Source: Synechococcus sp.
GTDB lineage: Bacteria > Cyanobacteriota > Cyanobacteriia > PCC-6307 > Cyanobiaceae
Reading direction: 5' to 3'
Assembly (NCBI GenBank): GCA_047285535.1
Contig: JBJBDC010000001.1
Coordinates: 2,176,136-2,240,135, forward strand
DNA: 64,000 nt
This document shows, piece by piece, positions 43,221 through 54,615 of the stretch. Within the stretch, counting starts at the first letter, position 1. Each line of letters begins with the position of its first letter. The notes under the pieces are model-generated. The model searched no databases. It was not told the origin of the DNA and worked only from the letters and a program-made list of their open reading frames with translations. A program made the position numbers and the translations under genes.

Positions 43221-44909
43221 TCAGGCTGCTCGCTGCTCTAACAAACTCGCCGCATAGGCCTGAGCATCATCAAAATCTCCACCAGCCAATTCCGCCAGTT
43301 CCTGGCGTCTGGCCTCAGTGTCCCGCAGATGGGACACTCGCGAGCATGTTTCTCCATTGACTACCTCCTTGCTGACGCGGAAGTGATGATCTGCTGCTGC
43401 TGCCACAAGCGGTTGATGGGTCACACAAAACACCTGGCGATGCTTGGCCATGGTGTGGAGCAAATTCGCCATCGTTCCGCTGACGCGACCGCTAACACCA
43501 CTATCGATCTCATCAAACAACAAAGTGCTGGAACCATCCACATCTGCCAGACAGGTTTTCAGCGCCAAGAGAAAACGCGACATCTCCCCTCCTGAAGCCA
43601 CCTCCGCTAAGGGAGCAAGGGGCTGCCCTGGATTAGCGGAAAACAAAAAACTGATGGCATCGGCGCCCAAATCCATGGGCTCAACCGCAGAGAAATCCAC
43701 CGCAAAACGCACATTTGCAAGCCCCATCGGCCGCAAATGAGTCATCAAACGCTCCTCCAATCGCGCTGCGGAGGCCTGTCTCAAAACCGTGAGGGACTGA
43801 TTACAGGAATCTCGATTCTTTCGAGCCTCCTGTTCCTGACGGCGCAGCACATCCAAAGCAGCGTCCATACCGCCAGCTGCATGCTGTTGTCGAAGGGCAT
43901 CGCGCCGCTCGATCAACACCTTGAGGTCTACGCCATGGCGCCGCTCCAATCGTTTAAGCAAGGCAAGCCGTTCCTGTAGCAACCCCAACCGTTCTGGATC
44001 GCTGTCTAATGAAACACCATAGGTTTCAAGACCCCGAATTAAATCGAGCAGACCAGCTTCAATGTTCAAACACTGTTCAGCTGAACCATTCAGCGAGGCA
44101 TCCAAGCTCTGCATCTGCTGCAACTCATGACAACAGGCCGTGAGGTGATCCAAAGCTGAGGGAGCCTGTTCAGCGCCGTCCTGAAGCCGACCCATTAACA
44201 CTGCAAGACCCTCCAGCAAACGCACGCCATGCACCAGGCGATCTTGCTCGTGTTCCAGCTGTTGAATTTCGGCTGGGTCCTCAAGGGCAGCAGCCTCGAG
44301 TTCCATCAACAATGCGTTTTGTTCGTCCTGTTGTTCCTGAAGAAGACGGCGATCTGACTCCAGCTTCATCAGGGCAGCATGGCAGTCTTGCCAAATTTGC
44401 CAACGCCCACGCACGGTTTGGACGCACTGAGCCAACGGCTCACCGCCCAATCGATCAATCCAGCAACGTTGCTGACCAGGACGAGCGAGCTGCTGGGATT
44501 GCCCCTGGACCGTTAGATCAATCAACAAAGGTCTGAGTTGAAGCAATTGCTGCCTGTTCACCACAACACCATTGAGTCTTGAGCGGCTACTCAATCGTTC
44601 GTCTTGACGTTTCCACTCCCGCGACAAGACGATGTCTTCGCCGTCATCGTCCAATTGCTGCTCCTGAAGCCAGCGCCCCACAGCATCGTCAAGAGTGAAG
44701 GTCGCTTCAATCACTGCACGATCACATCCCGCGCGCACCAACCGACCCGCAGACGTTCCCTGCATGCCCCCAAGCAGGGCATCTAATGCGTCTAACAACA
44801 GCGACTTACCAGCCCCTGTCTCGCCTGTGAGCACAGAAAAGCCCGATTCGAACGCCAGCTCCAAGCTGTCGATCAGAGCGATGTTGTCGAGTCTCAGACC
44901 GGTCAGCAA
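43221..44909 (-). CDS. recN: DNA repair protein RecN
   Basis: LTGETGAGKS, ASGGEMSR, FDEIDSGVSG, CVTHQP; start at TTG 'LLTGLRLDNIALI'. Confidence 0.95.
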   Translation of the reverse strand: MLTGLRLDNIALIDSLELAFESGFSVLTGETGAGKSLLLDALDALLGGMQGTSAGRLVRAGCDRAVIEATFTLDDAVGRWLQEQQLDDDGEDIVLSREWKRQDERLSSRSRLNGVVVNRQQLLQLRPLLIDLTVQGQSQQLARPGQQRCWIDRLGGEPLAQCVQTVRGRWQIWQDCHAALMKLESDRRLLQEQQDEQNALLMELEAAALEDPAEIQQLEHEQDRLVHGVRLLEGLAVLMGRLQDGAEQAPSALDHLTACCHELQQMQSLDASLNGSAEQCLNIEAGLLDLIRGLETYGVSLDSDPERLGLLQERLALLKRLERRHGVDLKVLIERRDALRQQHAAGGMDAALDVLRRQEQEARKNRDSCNQSLTVLRQASAARLEERLMTHLRPMGLANVRFAVDFSAVEPMDLGADAISFLFSANPGQPLAPLAEVASGGEMSRFLLALKTCLADVDGSSTLLFDEIDSGVSGRVSGTMANLLHTMAKHRQVFCVTHQPLVAAAADHHFRVSKEVVNGETCSRVSHLRDTEARRQELAELAGGDFDDAQAYAASLLEQRAA

Positions 44910-44976
44910 GGAGGGACCCGGCAGATCACTAAACCGTAGCGACAGCTTCGGTCGTTTAGAAGGGATCACCAACGCA

Positions 44977-46851
44977 GTGGCGGCTGTGGAACAACACGAA
45001 CTAGGAGATTTCATTGAGGCCGCCGGCCTGCTCAAGTACGACCCAGCTGCGATCACTCGGATCTACGCTGGACATCCGCAACGGCTTCTACGTCGCCTCT
45101 GGCAAACCCTTGTCCCCATTGGGCTTTTGCTGTTAGGAATCGGCAGCGACAAACTTCTTGGTCTGCTCAACAATCAGGAGCGAGCCAGATTTAGAGCACG
45201 AGAATTTGCCAATCTGCTGGTCGATCTAGGTCCTGCATTCATCAAGGCAGGCCAAGCGCTTTCCACCCGCCCAGACATTATTCCTCCTGTGCTACTCGAG
45301 GAACTGGCCCAGTTGCAAGACCAACTACCCGGATTCGATAGCGATCTCGCTATGTCTTGCATCGAAGACGATCTCGGTGCACCTGTAAATAGCATCTATG
45401 CCGAACTCGATCGAGAACCAATCTCCGCTGCCTCTCTCGGTCAAGTGCACCAGGGCTATCTCAAGAATGGTCAAAAAGTAGCCGTCAAGGTGCAACGACC
45501 TGGTTTAAGAGAACAAATCACACTCGACCTTTATATCGTCCGCAACATTGCTGCTTGGCTCAATGCCAACATCGGACTCATCCGCAGTGATCTTGTTGCC
45601 CTTATTGATGAATTAGGAAGCCGTGTTTTTGAGGAAATGGACTATCTCAACGAAGCAGAAAATGCGAACAAATTCCGTAATCTGCACAAACACAACCAGC
45701 GTATTGCAGTTCCAAAGATATTCACAGAAGCCACGAGCAGAAGAGTATTGACAATGGAATGGATTGATGGAGTAAAACTTACTAATTTAGAAGCGGTTCG
45801 TGACCTCGGGATCGATCCCGATGAGATGGTCAAAGTCGGGGTCAGCTGCAGCCTTGAACAGCTTCTTGAGCATGGTTTTTTCCACGCTGATCCCCATCCT
45901 GGAAACCTCTTAGCGATGGAAGATGGGCGCCTTTGTTACCTCGATTTCGGCATGATGAGCGAGGTCAGCCGCGAATCCCGCACCGGACTCATCCAGGCAG
46001 TTGTTCATCTTGTTAACCGAAATTTTAAGCAACTTTCCAAAGATTTCGTCACACTTGGTTTTTTAGCTGAAGACGTCAATCTGGAGCCGATCGTTCCCGC
46101 CTTCGAATCCGTCTTCAGTCAAGCCATTGAGATGGGTGTCAACCGGATGGACTTCAAAAGTGTTACCGACGATATGTCCGGAGTGATGTACAAATTCCCG
46201 TTCCGAGTTCCGCCGTATTACGCCCTGATCATTCGCTCTCTTGTAACCCTGGAAGGCATTGCTCTCAGCGTTGATCCTGAATTCAAAATTCTTGGAGCGG
46301 CTTACCCCTATTTCGCAAGACGTTTAATGGAAGATCCAGATCCTCAACTGCGTCAAAGCCTGAAGGAAATGCTCTTTGATGGTGATGCATTCCGCTGGAC
46401 ACGACTTGAAAATCTTGTAGCTAGTGCCGCAAGTCAAAGCCAACTTGATCTCAACACTTTGCTTGATCAAGTTCTGGATTTTCTCTTCTCAGCGAATGGT
46501 GGAATGCTGCGCGATCAACTGGTCGAAGCCATAGCCAATCGTTTGGATGCCTTCGGCTGGACCGCCTTGCAACGCATTGGACGCCGCTTGCCGCGACCTC
46601 TTCAACCCCCACTTCTGCTCGAAGTAGCACCATCGCTGAACCAAGAGAACTATCTCGACCTGGAACCGATCCGGCAGTTGATCAGCGTTCTGCAACAGCT
46701 GCCTGGATTTAATCCTGATCTGGTATTTAGTCGGCTACCACGTTTAATTAGAGAGCCTGATGCGAGACAGATGGGGATTGACCTCGCTCAAGGACTGGCC
46801 GAACGCGGAGTTGTCCGCCTTGTCAAAGCAGCAGCAGCAAGTTCGAACTAG
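44977..46851 (+). CDS. ABC1/AarF/UbiB atypical protein kinase
   Basis: LGPAFIKAGQALSTRPD, AASLGQV, VAVKVQRP, HADPHPGN, DFGMM. Confidence 0.92.
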   Translation: MAAVEQHELGDFIEAAGLLKYDPAAITRIYAGHPQRLLRRLWQTLVPIGLLLLGIGSDKLLGLLNNQERARFRAREFANLLVDLGPAFIKAGQALSTRPDIIPPVLLEELAQLQDQLPGFDSDLAMSCIEDDLGAPVNSIYAELDREPISAASLGQVHQGYLKNGQKVAVKVQRPGLREQITLDLYIVRNIAAWLNANIGLIRSDLVALIDELGSRVFEEMDYLNEAENANKFRNLHKHNQRIAVPKIFTEATSRRVLTMEWIDGVKLTNLEAVRDLGIDPDEMVKVGVSCSLEQLLEHGFFHADPHPGNLLAMEDGRLCYLDFGMMSEVSRESRTGLIQAVVHLVNRNFKQLSKDFVTLGFLAEDVNLEPIVPAFESVFSQAIEMGVNRMDFKSVTDDMSGVMYKFPFRVPPYYALIIRSLVTLEGIALSVDPEFKILGAAYPYFARRLMEDPDPQLRQSLKEMLFDGDAFRWTRLENLVASAASQSQLDLNTLLDQVLDFLFSANGGMLRDQLVEAIANRLDAFGWTALQRIGRRLPRPLQPPLLLEVAPSLNQENYLDLEPIRQLISVLQQLPGFNPDLVFSRLPRLIREPDARQMGIDLAQGLAERGVVRLVKAAAASSN

Positions 46852-46873
46852 ATTCCTGCAATTCCTCAAAATC

Positions 46874-47443
46874 ATGTATCGCAGATCCAGCCGCCAAACC
46901 ATCCTGGCGTTTGGTGCCGCAATCGGTCTCAGTATTTCATCTGCGTTTCAACCTGCCCATGCTGCCAAAGATGTTGCCCTTGTCAGTGGAGCCTTCATAA
47001 GATCGATTGAGGTGGCTGATCTTGTCTACCTTGCTGAAACAGGAAAAGCCCGTGGCCTTTTGTCTGACTTGCTACGTGTAGGAAAACAGGATCCCAAAGA
47101 AGTCTCAAAACTATTGAATCAGAAGCTTGAGCTTCCGTTGGTTCTGACAAGTCGGTTGATGTCGACTCGCATTGGAGACGTGATCATTCGGCGCGTCGCC
47201 ACAATCATTTACCCACTCAAAGTTCCTGATCCATCAGTCAGCGTTCCAGCCATCAGAGCCGGAGTGATCAATGGACTGCAAAAAGAAGATGAAGGACTGA
47301 GCCTAATCACATTCCTTGAGGCCTACCCCGCAGAGGTGATGGAAGTGAATCTTCCAGCCTTGTTCTCTTTGATCGAAAAAGCAGAATCCATTGCTGACCT
47401 GGTGAAATTCTTCTCCGATTCCCCACTGGATGGTCTGAAATAA
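46874..47443 (+). CDS. Secreted DUF1400-like protein
   Basis: Signal peptide ending PAHA; LITFLEAYP motif. Confidence 0.75.
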   Translation: MYRRSSRQTILAFGAAIGLSISSAFQPAHAAKDVALVSGAFIRSIEVADLVYLAETGKARGLLSDLLRVGKQDPKEVSKLLNQKLELPLVLTSRLMSTRIGDVIIRRVATIIYPLKVPDPSVSVPAIRAGVINGLQKEDEGLSLITFLEAYPAEVMEVNLPALFSLIEKAESIADLVKFFSDSPLDGLK

Positions 47444-47501
47444 AGCCTGATCAATTGGGAGGTCTGAATCCAGACACATAGATTTCTGGAATTGCTGCTC
47501 T

Positions 47502-48614
47502 ATGCGGGTGTCCCTACTCAAGAACCTCCGCCGGCGTTTAACGACCAAACCTGTCATGCAGGACTGGCCTGGACTGATCGAAGCCTATCGATCATGGCTT
47601 CCTGTGTCGTCTGCAACTCCAGTGATCACTTTGCAGGAAGGGGCAACTCCGCTCATTCCCGTCCCATCAATCGCAGAAAGGGTTGGCCGCGGAGTGAAGG
47701 TTTTTGTCAAATACGACGGTCTCAACCCCACGGGATCCTTTAAAGATCGAGGGATGACGATGGCGATCAGCAAAGCCAAGGAAGCTGGCTGTGAAGCGGT
47801 GATTTGTGCAAGCACGGGCAACACAAGTGCCGCTGCAGCTGCCTATGCCCGCCGAGGCGGGATGAGAGCCTTTGTGTTAATCCCTGACGGATACGTAGCA
47901 CAGGGAAAACTGGCTCAGGCACTGGTTTATGGAGCTGAAGTCCTGGCAATTCGGGGAAATTTTGACCGTGCCCTCGACATCGTTCGTGAAGCGGCAGAGA
48001 AATACCCCATCACCTTGGTGAATTCGGTGAATCCTTACCGACTCCAAGGACAAAAAACCGCAGCCTTTGAAATCGTCGATGCTCTAGGAGATGCGCCCGA
48101 CTGGCTTTGCATTCCCATGGGCAACGCAGGAAATATCACGGCCTACTGGATGGGCTTCCAGGAATATGAACAAGCTGGTCGCAGTCGGCGATTACCGCGA
48201 ATGATGGGCTTCCAGGCCAGTGGATCCGCGCCACTGGTGAATGACACCACCGTGAATCATCCAGAAACGATCGCTACCGCCATTCGCATCGGCAACCCGG
48301 TGAACAGAGAGAAGGCCATCGCAGCCCGACAGGCCAGCAACGGGGCTTTCCTAGATATCACCGATCAGGAAATCATCAATGCCTACAAACTTCTCGGTGG
48401 CCAAGAAGGAATCTTTTGTGAACCAGCCAGTGCAGCCTCAGTAGCGGGGTTACTCAAACGTTCCGCAGAGGTTCCAGATGGAGCCACAGTGGTTTGTGTT
48501 TTAACAGGCAATGGCCTGAAAGATCCGGACTGTGCCATCACCAACAACGACGCCGCCTTCTACGCCGATCTCGATCCTGATCTAAACACTGTCGCCAAGG
48601 TGATGGGCTTTTAA
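47502..48614 (+). CDS. thrC: Threonine synthase
   Basis: [45 protein letters not shown]. Confidence 0.96.
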   Translation: MRVSLLKNLRRRLTTKPVMQDWPGLIEAYRSWLPVSSATPVITLQEGATPLIPVPSIAERVGRGVKVFVKYDGLNPTGSFKDRGMTMAISKAKEAGCEAVICASTGNTSAAAAAYARRGGMRAFVLIPDGYVAQGKLAQALVYGAEVLAIRGNFDRALDIVREAAEKYPITLVNSVNPYRLQGQKTAAFEIVDALGDAPDWLCIPMGNAGNITAYWMGFQEYEQAGRSRRLPRMMGFQASGSAPLVNDTTVNHPETIATAIRIGNPVNREKAIAARQASNGAFLDITDQEIINAYKLLGGQEGIFCEPASAASVAGLLKRSAEVPDGATVVCVLTGNGLKDPDCAITNNDAAFYADLDPDLNTVAKVMGF

Positions 48615-48734
48615 CTCGGCCCCCCTAAAGATCCAAAACACAGGCTGCAGTCATCTACACCAGTTGTCTAAACCACATTCACAGAGTCTGAAACTCACTT
48701 AAACCACTTTGACGTCATCCGGAAGTGCGGACTC

Positions 48735-49721
48735 ATGGATGTCAACATCTGGATGATCGCTGGCTTCTTGCTGGCGACCTACTCGGTTGTGGCCAATGAT
48801 TCCCTACAAACACTAGGAACATTCATCTCTTCCAACAAGACACGCAGCCCCAAGCTGGTGCAGATGGTCTTCATCTGCACAGTCACGGTTGCGGTACTGA
48901 TGCTGGGCTGGTTTCTCAAGAACGGTGATCCAGCCTGGGGTCGCCTCAATGTTCCCGGTAAAGAATTCTCGCTTCCTGAACCCTTCACCTGGGTTTACAT
49001 CCTTCCTCCCCTTGCTGTGCTGGCTCTCACCCAATGGGGTGCACCCTTGAGCACCTCCTTTCTGGTGCTCTCCTCATTCAAGCCAGCTCATATCGGACAC
49101 CTGCTGAACAGCTCCCTAACGAGCTATTTTTTAGCCATCTGCATTGGCGTGGCTGTCTACGGCCTGGGCATGTGGCAGCTTGAGCGCTGGGTGTTCCAGC
49201 AAACGCAGGAAGGCAAAGATGTCCACAAGATCTGGTATGGCCTGCAATGGTTCTCCACCGGTTTTTTATGGAGCATCTGGCTGGTGCAGGACCTCGCGAA
49301 CATATTTGTTTTCCTGCCTCGCCAGCTTGACCTCGTCCCCATGGCGATCTGCACGGCTGTGCTCTGTCTAGGCTTGTGTGGACTGGTCGCCACCGGCGGT
49401 GGCCCACTCCAGGACGTCTTACGCACCAAGACCAACACCTCCGATTTGCGGTCGGCCACGGTCATTGATTTCTTCTTTGGTCTCTGCCTGCTCTACAAAG
49501 CGTTCCTGTCCACCTTCCCCCTCAGCACCACATGGGTTTTCCTGGGTTTGATCGGTGGCCGGGAGATTGCCCTGCGGGTCAAGGAACAGGAGTTTGAGTC
49601 TGTGTTCACCAATCGTGAGGGCGGAAATCTTGGCAGGATCATCGGTCATGACCTTTGGAAGGCCTTCGTCGGCCTGGTGGTGAGCCTAGGGATTGCGTTC
49701 AGCATTCAAACTCTGATTTGA
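48735..49721 (+). CDS. PiT/PHO4-like anion (phosphate/sulfate) transporter
   Basis: Internally duplicated motifs VANDSLQTLGT / QDLANI and GAPLSTS / FPLSTTW, resembling PiT GANDVAN and GxPVSTTH; many TM segments. Confidence 0.6.
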   Translation: MDVNIWMIAGFLLATYSVVANDSLQTLGTFISSNKTRSPKLVQMVFICTVTVAVLMLGWFLKNGDPAWGRLNVPGKEFSLPEPFTWVYILPPLAVLALTQWGAPLSTSFLVLSSFKPAHIGHLLNSSLTSYFLAICIGVAVYGLGMWQLERWVFQQTQEGKDVHKIWYGLQWFSTGFLWSIWLVQDLANIFVFLPRQLDLVPMAICTAVLCLGLCGLVATGGGPLQDVLRTKTNTSDLRSATVIDFFFGLCLLYKAFLSTFPLSTTWVFLGLIGGREIALRVKEQEFESVFTNREGGNLGRIIGHDLWKAFVGLVVSLGIAFSIQTLI

Positions 49722-49959
49722 CAAAGCAGAAATTGCGTTACCGCAGGACATCTGGGCGCCACAACTACGAGAGCCCTTGTTCTTTGGCATGCAAGCGACC
49801 CCAAACACCGCATTAAGGCATACATCAACGAAGAGCTTCCTGGGGACGCTTGCATGCTCTCCGCTGAAAGAGGTATCTGCTCATAGCGGAGCCTCCAATT
49901 GCAACAAAATTGGATAGGTTCGGGCCAGAAAGTGCCTGAGGAATCCGCTGATTTTCTTC

Positions 49960-50260
49960 ATTCCAAACCGTGGAAAACCATGGACAACTACCCCTCCAAC
50001 CCCTTCAGACCTTTTCCCCATGTTGTGAGAAATGGGGAAATTGAAACGTCTTCCCCATTTCTGTGATCTCATTCCACAACCATTCATCTCGAAACAGCCC
50101 TGCTACAAAAGAGCTCTAGAGTTTTTCCCCTGGTTTCCACAAGCCCTACTACGACTCTTTTAGTAGTTCTTTTAAGTTAAGAAAAACAGCCTTAAAGCAG
50201 GGGAACACAAAAAACGACAAGCCATTGCACTTCTCACGACCCTGTGAAAATGTGGGTGCA
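49960..50260. other. Chromosomal replication origin oriC
   Basis: Non-coding gap upstream of dnaN with DnaA-box-like 9-mers (49969 rc TTTTCCACG, 50012 TTTTCCCCA, 50070 CATTCCACA, 50133 GTTTCCACA); TAC-TAC-GAC trios and AT-rich tract at 50147-50186; + strand switches from A/C-rich to G/T-rich. Confidence 0.8.
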
Positions 50261-50288
50261 GATTGTTCAAGCTGTTGATCCGGACCTC

Positions 50289-51446
50289 ATGAAATTGGTC
50301 TGTTCCCAGACGGAACTCAATACGGCCTTGCAGCTGGTAACTAGGGCTGTTGCCTCGCGTCCAACACATCCTGTGTTGGCCAATGTTTTACTCACCGCTG
50401 ATGCCGGTACCGATCGCCTCAGCCTCACTGGATTCGATCTGAATTTGGGGATTCAGACTTCGCTTCCTGCTTCTGTTGACACCAGTGGAGCCGTCACTCT
50501 GCCTGCAAGATTGCTGGGGGAAATCGTCTCCAAACTATCCAGTGATTCGCCAGTTGCTTTGTCCAGTGATTCCAGCGCTGAGCAAGTGGAGCTAACGAGT
50601 TCCAGCGGGAGTTATCAGATGCGAGGAATGCCTGCTGATGATTTCCCTGAGCTGCCGCTCGTGGAAAATGGCACAGCCTTACGGGTCGATCCCTCTTCGC
50701 TGCTTAGAGCTCTGCGTTCAACTCTTTTTGCCAGCAGTTCTGATGAAGCCAAACAACTCCTAACAGGAGTGCACCTGCGGTTCCATCAGAAGAGGTTGGA
50801 GGCAGCATCAACCGATGGTCATCGTCTTGCGATGTTGACACTTGAGGATGCGTTGCAAGCTGAAATTAATGTCGAAGATTCTGATACTGCTGAATTGGCG
50901 GTCACTCTTCCCTCACGCTCTTTGCGTGAAGTAGAGCGGTTGATGGCTAGCTGGAAAGGCAATGATCCGGTCAGCCTGTTTTGTGAAAGCGGTCAGGTGG
51001 TGGTATTGGCAGCCGACCAAATGGTGACGAGCCGCACCTTGGAGGGAACTTATCCTAATTATCGGCAGCTGATTCCAGATAGTTTTAGTCGCACCATCGA
51101 TCTCGATCGCCGAGCCTTCATTTCCGCTTTAGAGCGAATTGCTGTGCTTGCTGATCAACATAATAATGTCGTCCGTATTGCCAGCGAGCCAGACACAGGG
51201 TTAGTTCAGATCAGTGCTGATGCTCAAGATGTGGGCAGTGGTTCTGAGTCCCTCCCTGCTGAGATCAATGGCGAGGCGATACAAATTGCTTTCAACGTGC
51301 GTTACGTATTGGATGGTCTTAAAGCCATGGATTTGGATCGCATCACGTTGTCTTGCAACGCACCAACCACTCCTGCGATCCTGACACCATCCAATGATGA
51401 GGCGGGCCTCACCTATCTCGTGATGCCTGTTCAGATCCGTTCCTGA
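50289..51446 (+). CDS. dnaN: DNA polymerase III beta sliding clamp
   Basis: MKLVCSQ.., STDGHRL, YPNYRQLIP, FNVRYVLDGL, YLVMPVQIR. Confidence 0.97.
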   Translation: MKLVCSQTELNTALQLVTRAVASRPTHPVLANVLLTADAGTDRLSLTGFDLNLGIQTSLPASVDTSGAVTLPARLLGEIVSKLSSDSPVALSSDSSAEQVELTSSSGSYQMRGMPADDFPELPLVENGTALRVDPSSLLRALRSTLFASSSDEAKQLLTGVHLRFHQKRLEAASTDGHRLAMLTLEDALQAEINVEDSDTAELAVTLPSRSLREVERLMASWKGNDPVSLFCESGQVVVLAADQMVTSRTLEGTYPNYRQLIPDSFSRTIDLDRRAFISALERIAVLADQHNNVVRIASEPDTGLVQISADAQDVGSGSESLPAEINGEAIQIAFNVRYVLDGLKAMDLDRITLSCNAPTTPAILTPSNDEAGLTYLVMPVQIRS

Positions 51447-51462
51447 ATCCGTTCACGACGTC

Positions 51463-52245
51463 TTGCCTGTTCCGGACCAGCTCCTCTTGAGCGATCTCTT
51501 GCGCCACCGTGTGCGCTGTGATCAAGGCCTTGATCATGGCCCTGGGGTCATGGCTTGGATGCACCCTCCAGTGCATCGACTGCTCGGTTGGGTCAGTCGA
51601 CCGTCTGCCTTGCGTTCAATCCGAGACGTTTGGCGTCTGAATCAGTGTCGCGGCTTCGATGACCTGCAGGTTTTTGTGAAAGGGTCTCCTGCTGAAGTGG
51701 ATCAGATCACTCTGGACCGTCTGCCCACACTTCTTGATGCTGATCTACTCAATGCAGATAGAGAGAGGGTTGGAATCATCGCTGACTTAGCTTTTCTGCC
51801 ATCCAACGGTCAGATTTGTCATTACTTGGTGGCTCGTAGTGATCCTCGTCTGCCCGGTAGTAGTCGTTGGCGATTGTTTCCCGATCGAATCCTGGACCAA
51901 CAGCCTGGATTGGTCTCGACAGCCATCCATGAATTGGATGATCTACCTCTCGCTCGCGCCAGTGTTCGACAAGATTTTCTTCAGCGCTCACGCCATTGGC
52001 GGGAACAGCTACAGCAATTGGGTGATCGTGCTGGTGAGCGCTTGGAGGGATGGTTGGAAGAACCTCCTTGGGATGAACAAGCTCAGGCCTCTGAGTTTTT
52101 GGCTTCTGATCCTTCACCATCAGCACCAACGCTCGATCCATTGGACGATTGGGATGAAGGCGAGTGGATAGAGGAATCTCGTGGAGAACATCGACGTTCG
52201 CCTCGGAATAACGGGCCTGATCAGGAGGAAGATCCTTGGGTCTGA
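51463..52245 (+). CDS. Conserved cyanobacterial protein (PRC-barrel-like)
   Basis: WMHPPVHRLLGW motif, acidic tail ending EEDPWV; lies between dnaN and purL. Confidence 0.7.
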   Translation: MPVPDQLLLSDLLRHRVRCDQGLDHGPGVMAWMHPPVHRLLGWVSRPSALRSIRDVWRLNQCRGFDDLQVFVKGSPAEVDQITLDRLPTLLDADLLNADRERVGIIADLAFLPSNGQICHYLVARSDPRLPGSSRWRLFPDRILDQQPGLVSTAIHELDDLPLARASVRQDFLQRSRHWREQLQQLGDRAGERLEGWLEEPPWDEQAQASEFLASDPSPSAPTLDPLDDWDEGEWIEESRGEHRRSPRNNGPDQEEDPWV

Positions 52246-52275
52246 TCGTCGGCAACACTGGGTACAGATGATTCA

Positions 52276-54615
52276 TTGGTTGTGACCCATTCCTCCCATG
52301 CGGTTGCGGCATTCGATCTTGAGGAGGCTCTGCGCCAGGAGGGTCTGACACAAAAGGATTACAGCGAAATTCAGCGTCGTCTTGGCAGGGATCCCAATCG
52401 CGCTGAACTGGGCATGTTTGGTGTGATGTGGTCAGAGCATTGCTGTTATCGCAATTCCAGGCCCCTGTTAAGTGGCTTTCCTACGGAAGGCCCTCACATT
52501 CTTGAAGGCCCCGGAGAGAATGCTGGTGTCGTCGATCTGGGAGAAGGTCATCGCTTGGCCTTCAAAATTGAAAGTCATAATCATCCCTCTGCTGTTGAGC
52601 CCTTTCAAGGAGCTGCCACAGGCGTTGGCGGGATTCTGCGTGACATTTTCACGATGGGAGCGAGGCCAATTGCGTTGCTGAATGCGTTGCGTTTTGGACC
52701 GCTTGAAGAGCAAGCGACCCGTGGATTGATGGAAGGCGTTGTTGCTGGTATTGCTCATTACGGCAATTGTGTTGGGGTTCCCACCGTTGGTGGCGAGGTG
52801 GCATTTGATCCGTCCTACAGAGGTAATCCCTTGGTGAATGCGATGGCCTTGGGCTTAATGGAAACCGATGACATCGTGCGCTCTGGAGCTGCTGGCATCG
52901 GCAATCCCGTTGTGTATGTCGGCAGCACCACCGGACGTGATGGCATGGGGGGTGCCAGTTTCGCGAGCGCTGAGCTCAGCGCCGATTCTTTGGATGATCG
53001 CCCTGCTGTGCAAGTAGGAGATCCTTTTCTTGAGAAGGGGCTGATTGAGGCTTGTCTCGAGGCCTTTCAGAGCGGTGATGTTGTGGCTGCTCAGGACATG
53101 GGCGCTGCTGGTCTCACCTGTAGTTGCTCGGAGATGGCTGCTAAGGGGGATGTGGGTATCGAGTTGGATCTAGATCGGGTACCAGCAAGAGAACAAGGCA
53201 TGACTGCCTATGAGTTTCTTCTGTCGGAATCTCAAGAGCGCATGTTGTTCGTTGTGCGTTCTGGTCGGGAAGAGGTGTTGATGAATCGATTCCGACGTTG
53301 GGGACTTCAGGCAGCTGTGGTTGGTCGGGTTTTGGAGGAGCCTGTGGTCAGGGTCATGCAACACGGTGCCGTGGCGGCCGAAGTTCCTGCTCGGGCCCTC
53401 GCGGAAGACACCCCGATTAATCGGCATGAGCTCTTGTCAGAGCCTCCGGACGATATCCAGACTCTGTGGAAATGGTGTGAATCGGATCTTCCTGTTCCAG
53501 CAACTGATCACGACTGGAATTTAGATCTTTTGCGATTACTTGATGATCCCACGATTGCCAGCAAACGCTGGATTTATCGCCAATACGACCAGCAGGTTTT
53601 AGCCAATACCGTGATCCGGGCTGGAGGTGCTGATGCTGCGGTGGTCCGCCTCCGTCCCCAGCAGGGTGATGCGTCGCTGCAAAAGTCTCAACGTGGAGTT
53701 GCGGCGACGGTGGATTGTCCTAATCGCTGGGTGGCACTTGATCCAGAGCGGGGAGCAATGGCAGCGGTGGCAGAAGCTGCTCGCAATCTCAGCTGTGTTG
53801 GAGCGGAACCCATTGCTGTGACAGACAATCTGAATTTCCCGTCACCGGAAACACCCAAGGGGTATTGGCAGATGGCGCTTGCCTGTCGGGGGCTTTCCAA
53901 TGCCTGTCGTGCTTTGGGCACCCCTGTGACCGGTGGCAACGTGTCTCTCTACAACGAAACTCGTGCTGATGATGGCAGTCTCCAGCCCATTCATCCCACG
54001 CCTGTTGTGGGCATGGTCGGGTTGGTTGAAGATCTTGATCACTCAGGGGGATTGGCTTGGCGTCAGCCTGGTGATCGTGTTGTTCTGCTCGGTATCTCAA
54101 CCCATGAGGACTGTCATGCAGGGATTGGTTTGGCTGGCAGTAGCTATCAGGGCATTGTTCATGGATTGTTAACAGGCCGGCCTCCTACCGTGGATCTGGA
54201 GTTGGAGGTTCAGGTTCAAGCCTTCGTTCGCCAGGCTTTTGCTAAAGGACTTTTGGCTTCAGCCCATGACAGCAGTGATGGTGGTTTGGCTGTTGCTCTT
54301 GCTGAAAGTGCTCTGGCTTCTGGTCTCGGTGTTGATCTCAATTTGCCGCAGGGTTCTGCTCGTCTTGATCGCGTTTTATTTGCAGAGGGCGGTGCACGAA
54401 TTGTCGTCTCGGTTTGTGCTGAACATTGGAGCGATTGGCAGGCCTTCGTGGACTCCCAAGAGCATCAAAGCGTTCCTGTGACAGAGATTGGAACTGTTGC
54501 TGATCATGGTTGTTTCAGAATTGATGTGGGAAGTCATCCAGTCATTGATCTCCCTGTTGATCAGTTGCGTGAGCAATATGAACAAGCTGTGCCCCGTCGC
54601 CTTAGTGCGGTCTGA
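52276..54615 (+). CDS. purL: Phosphoribosylformylglycinamidine synthase subunit PurL
   Basis: [38 protein letters not shown]. Confidence 0.97.
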   Translation: MVVTHSSHAVAAFDLEEALRQEGLTQKDYSEIQRRLGRDPNRAELGMFGVMWSEHCCYRNSRPLLSGFPTEGPHILEGPGENAGVVDLGEGHRLAFKIESHNHPSAVEPFQGAATGVGGILRDIFTMGARPIALLNALRFGPLEEQATRGLMEGVVAGIAHYGNCVGVPTVGGEVAFDPSYRGNPLVNAMALGLMETDDIVRSGAAGIGNPVVYVGSTTGRDGMGGASFASAELSADSLDDRPAVQVGDPFLEKGLIEACLEAFQSGDVVAAQDMGAAGLTCSCSEMAAKGDVGIELDLDRVPAREQGMTAYEFLLSESQERMLFVVRSGREEVLMNRFRRWGLQAAVVGRVLEEPVVRVMQHGAVAAEVPARALAEDTPINRHELLSEPPDDIQTLWKWCESDLPVPATDHDWNLDLLRLLDDPTIASKRWIYRQYDQQVLANTVIRAGGADAAVVRLRPQQGDASLQKSQRGVAATVDCPNRWVALDPERGAMAAVAEAARNLSCVGAEPIAVTDNLNFPSPETPKGYWQMALACRGLSNACRALGTPVTGGNVSLYNETRADDGSLQPIHPTPVVGMVGLVEDLDHSGGLAWRQPGDRVVLLGISTHEDCHAGIGLAGSSYQGIVHGLLTGRPPTVDLELEVQVQAFVRQAFAKGLLASAHDSSDGGLAVALAESALASGLGVDLNLPQGSARLDRVLFAEGGARIVVSVCAEHWSDWQAFVDSQEHQSVPVTEIGTVADHGCFRIDVGSHPVIDLPVDQLREQYEQAVPRRLSAV

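Noticed and set aside
44695..45056. Apparent long head-to-head overlap of recN and the ABC1 kinase ORFs
   Set aside because: Artefact of maximal ORF extension; plausible starts are 44909 (-) and 44977 (+)
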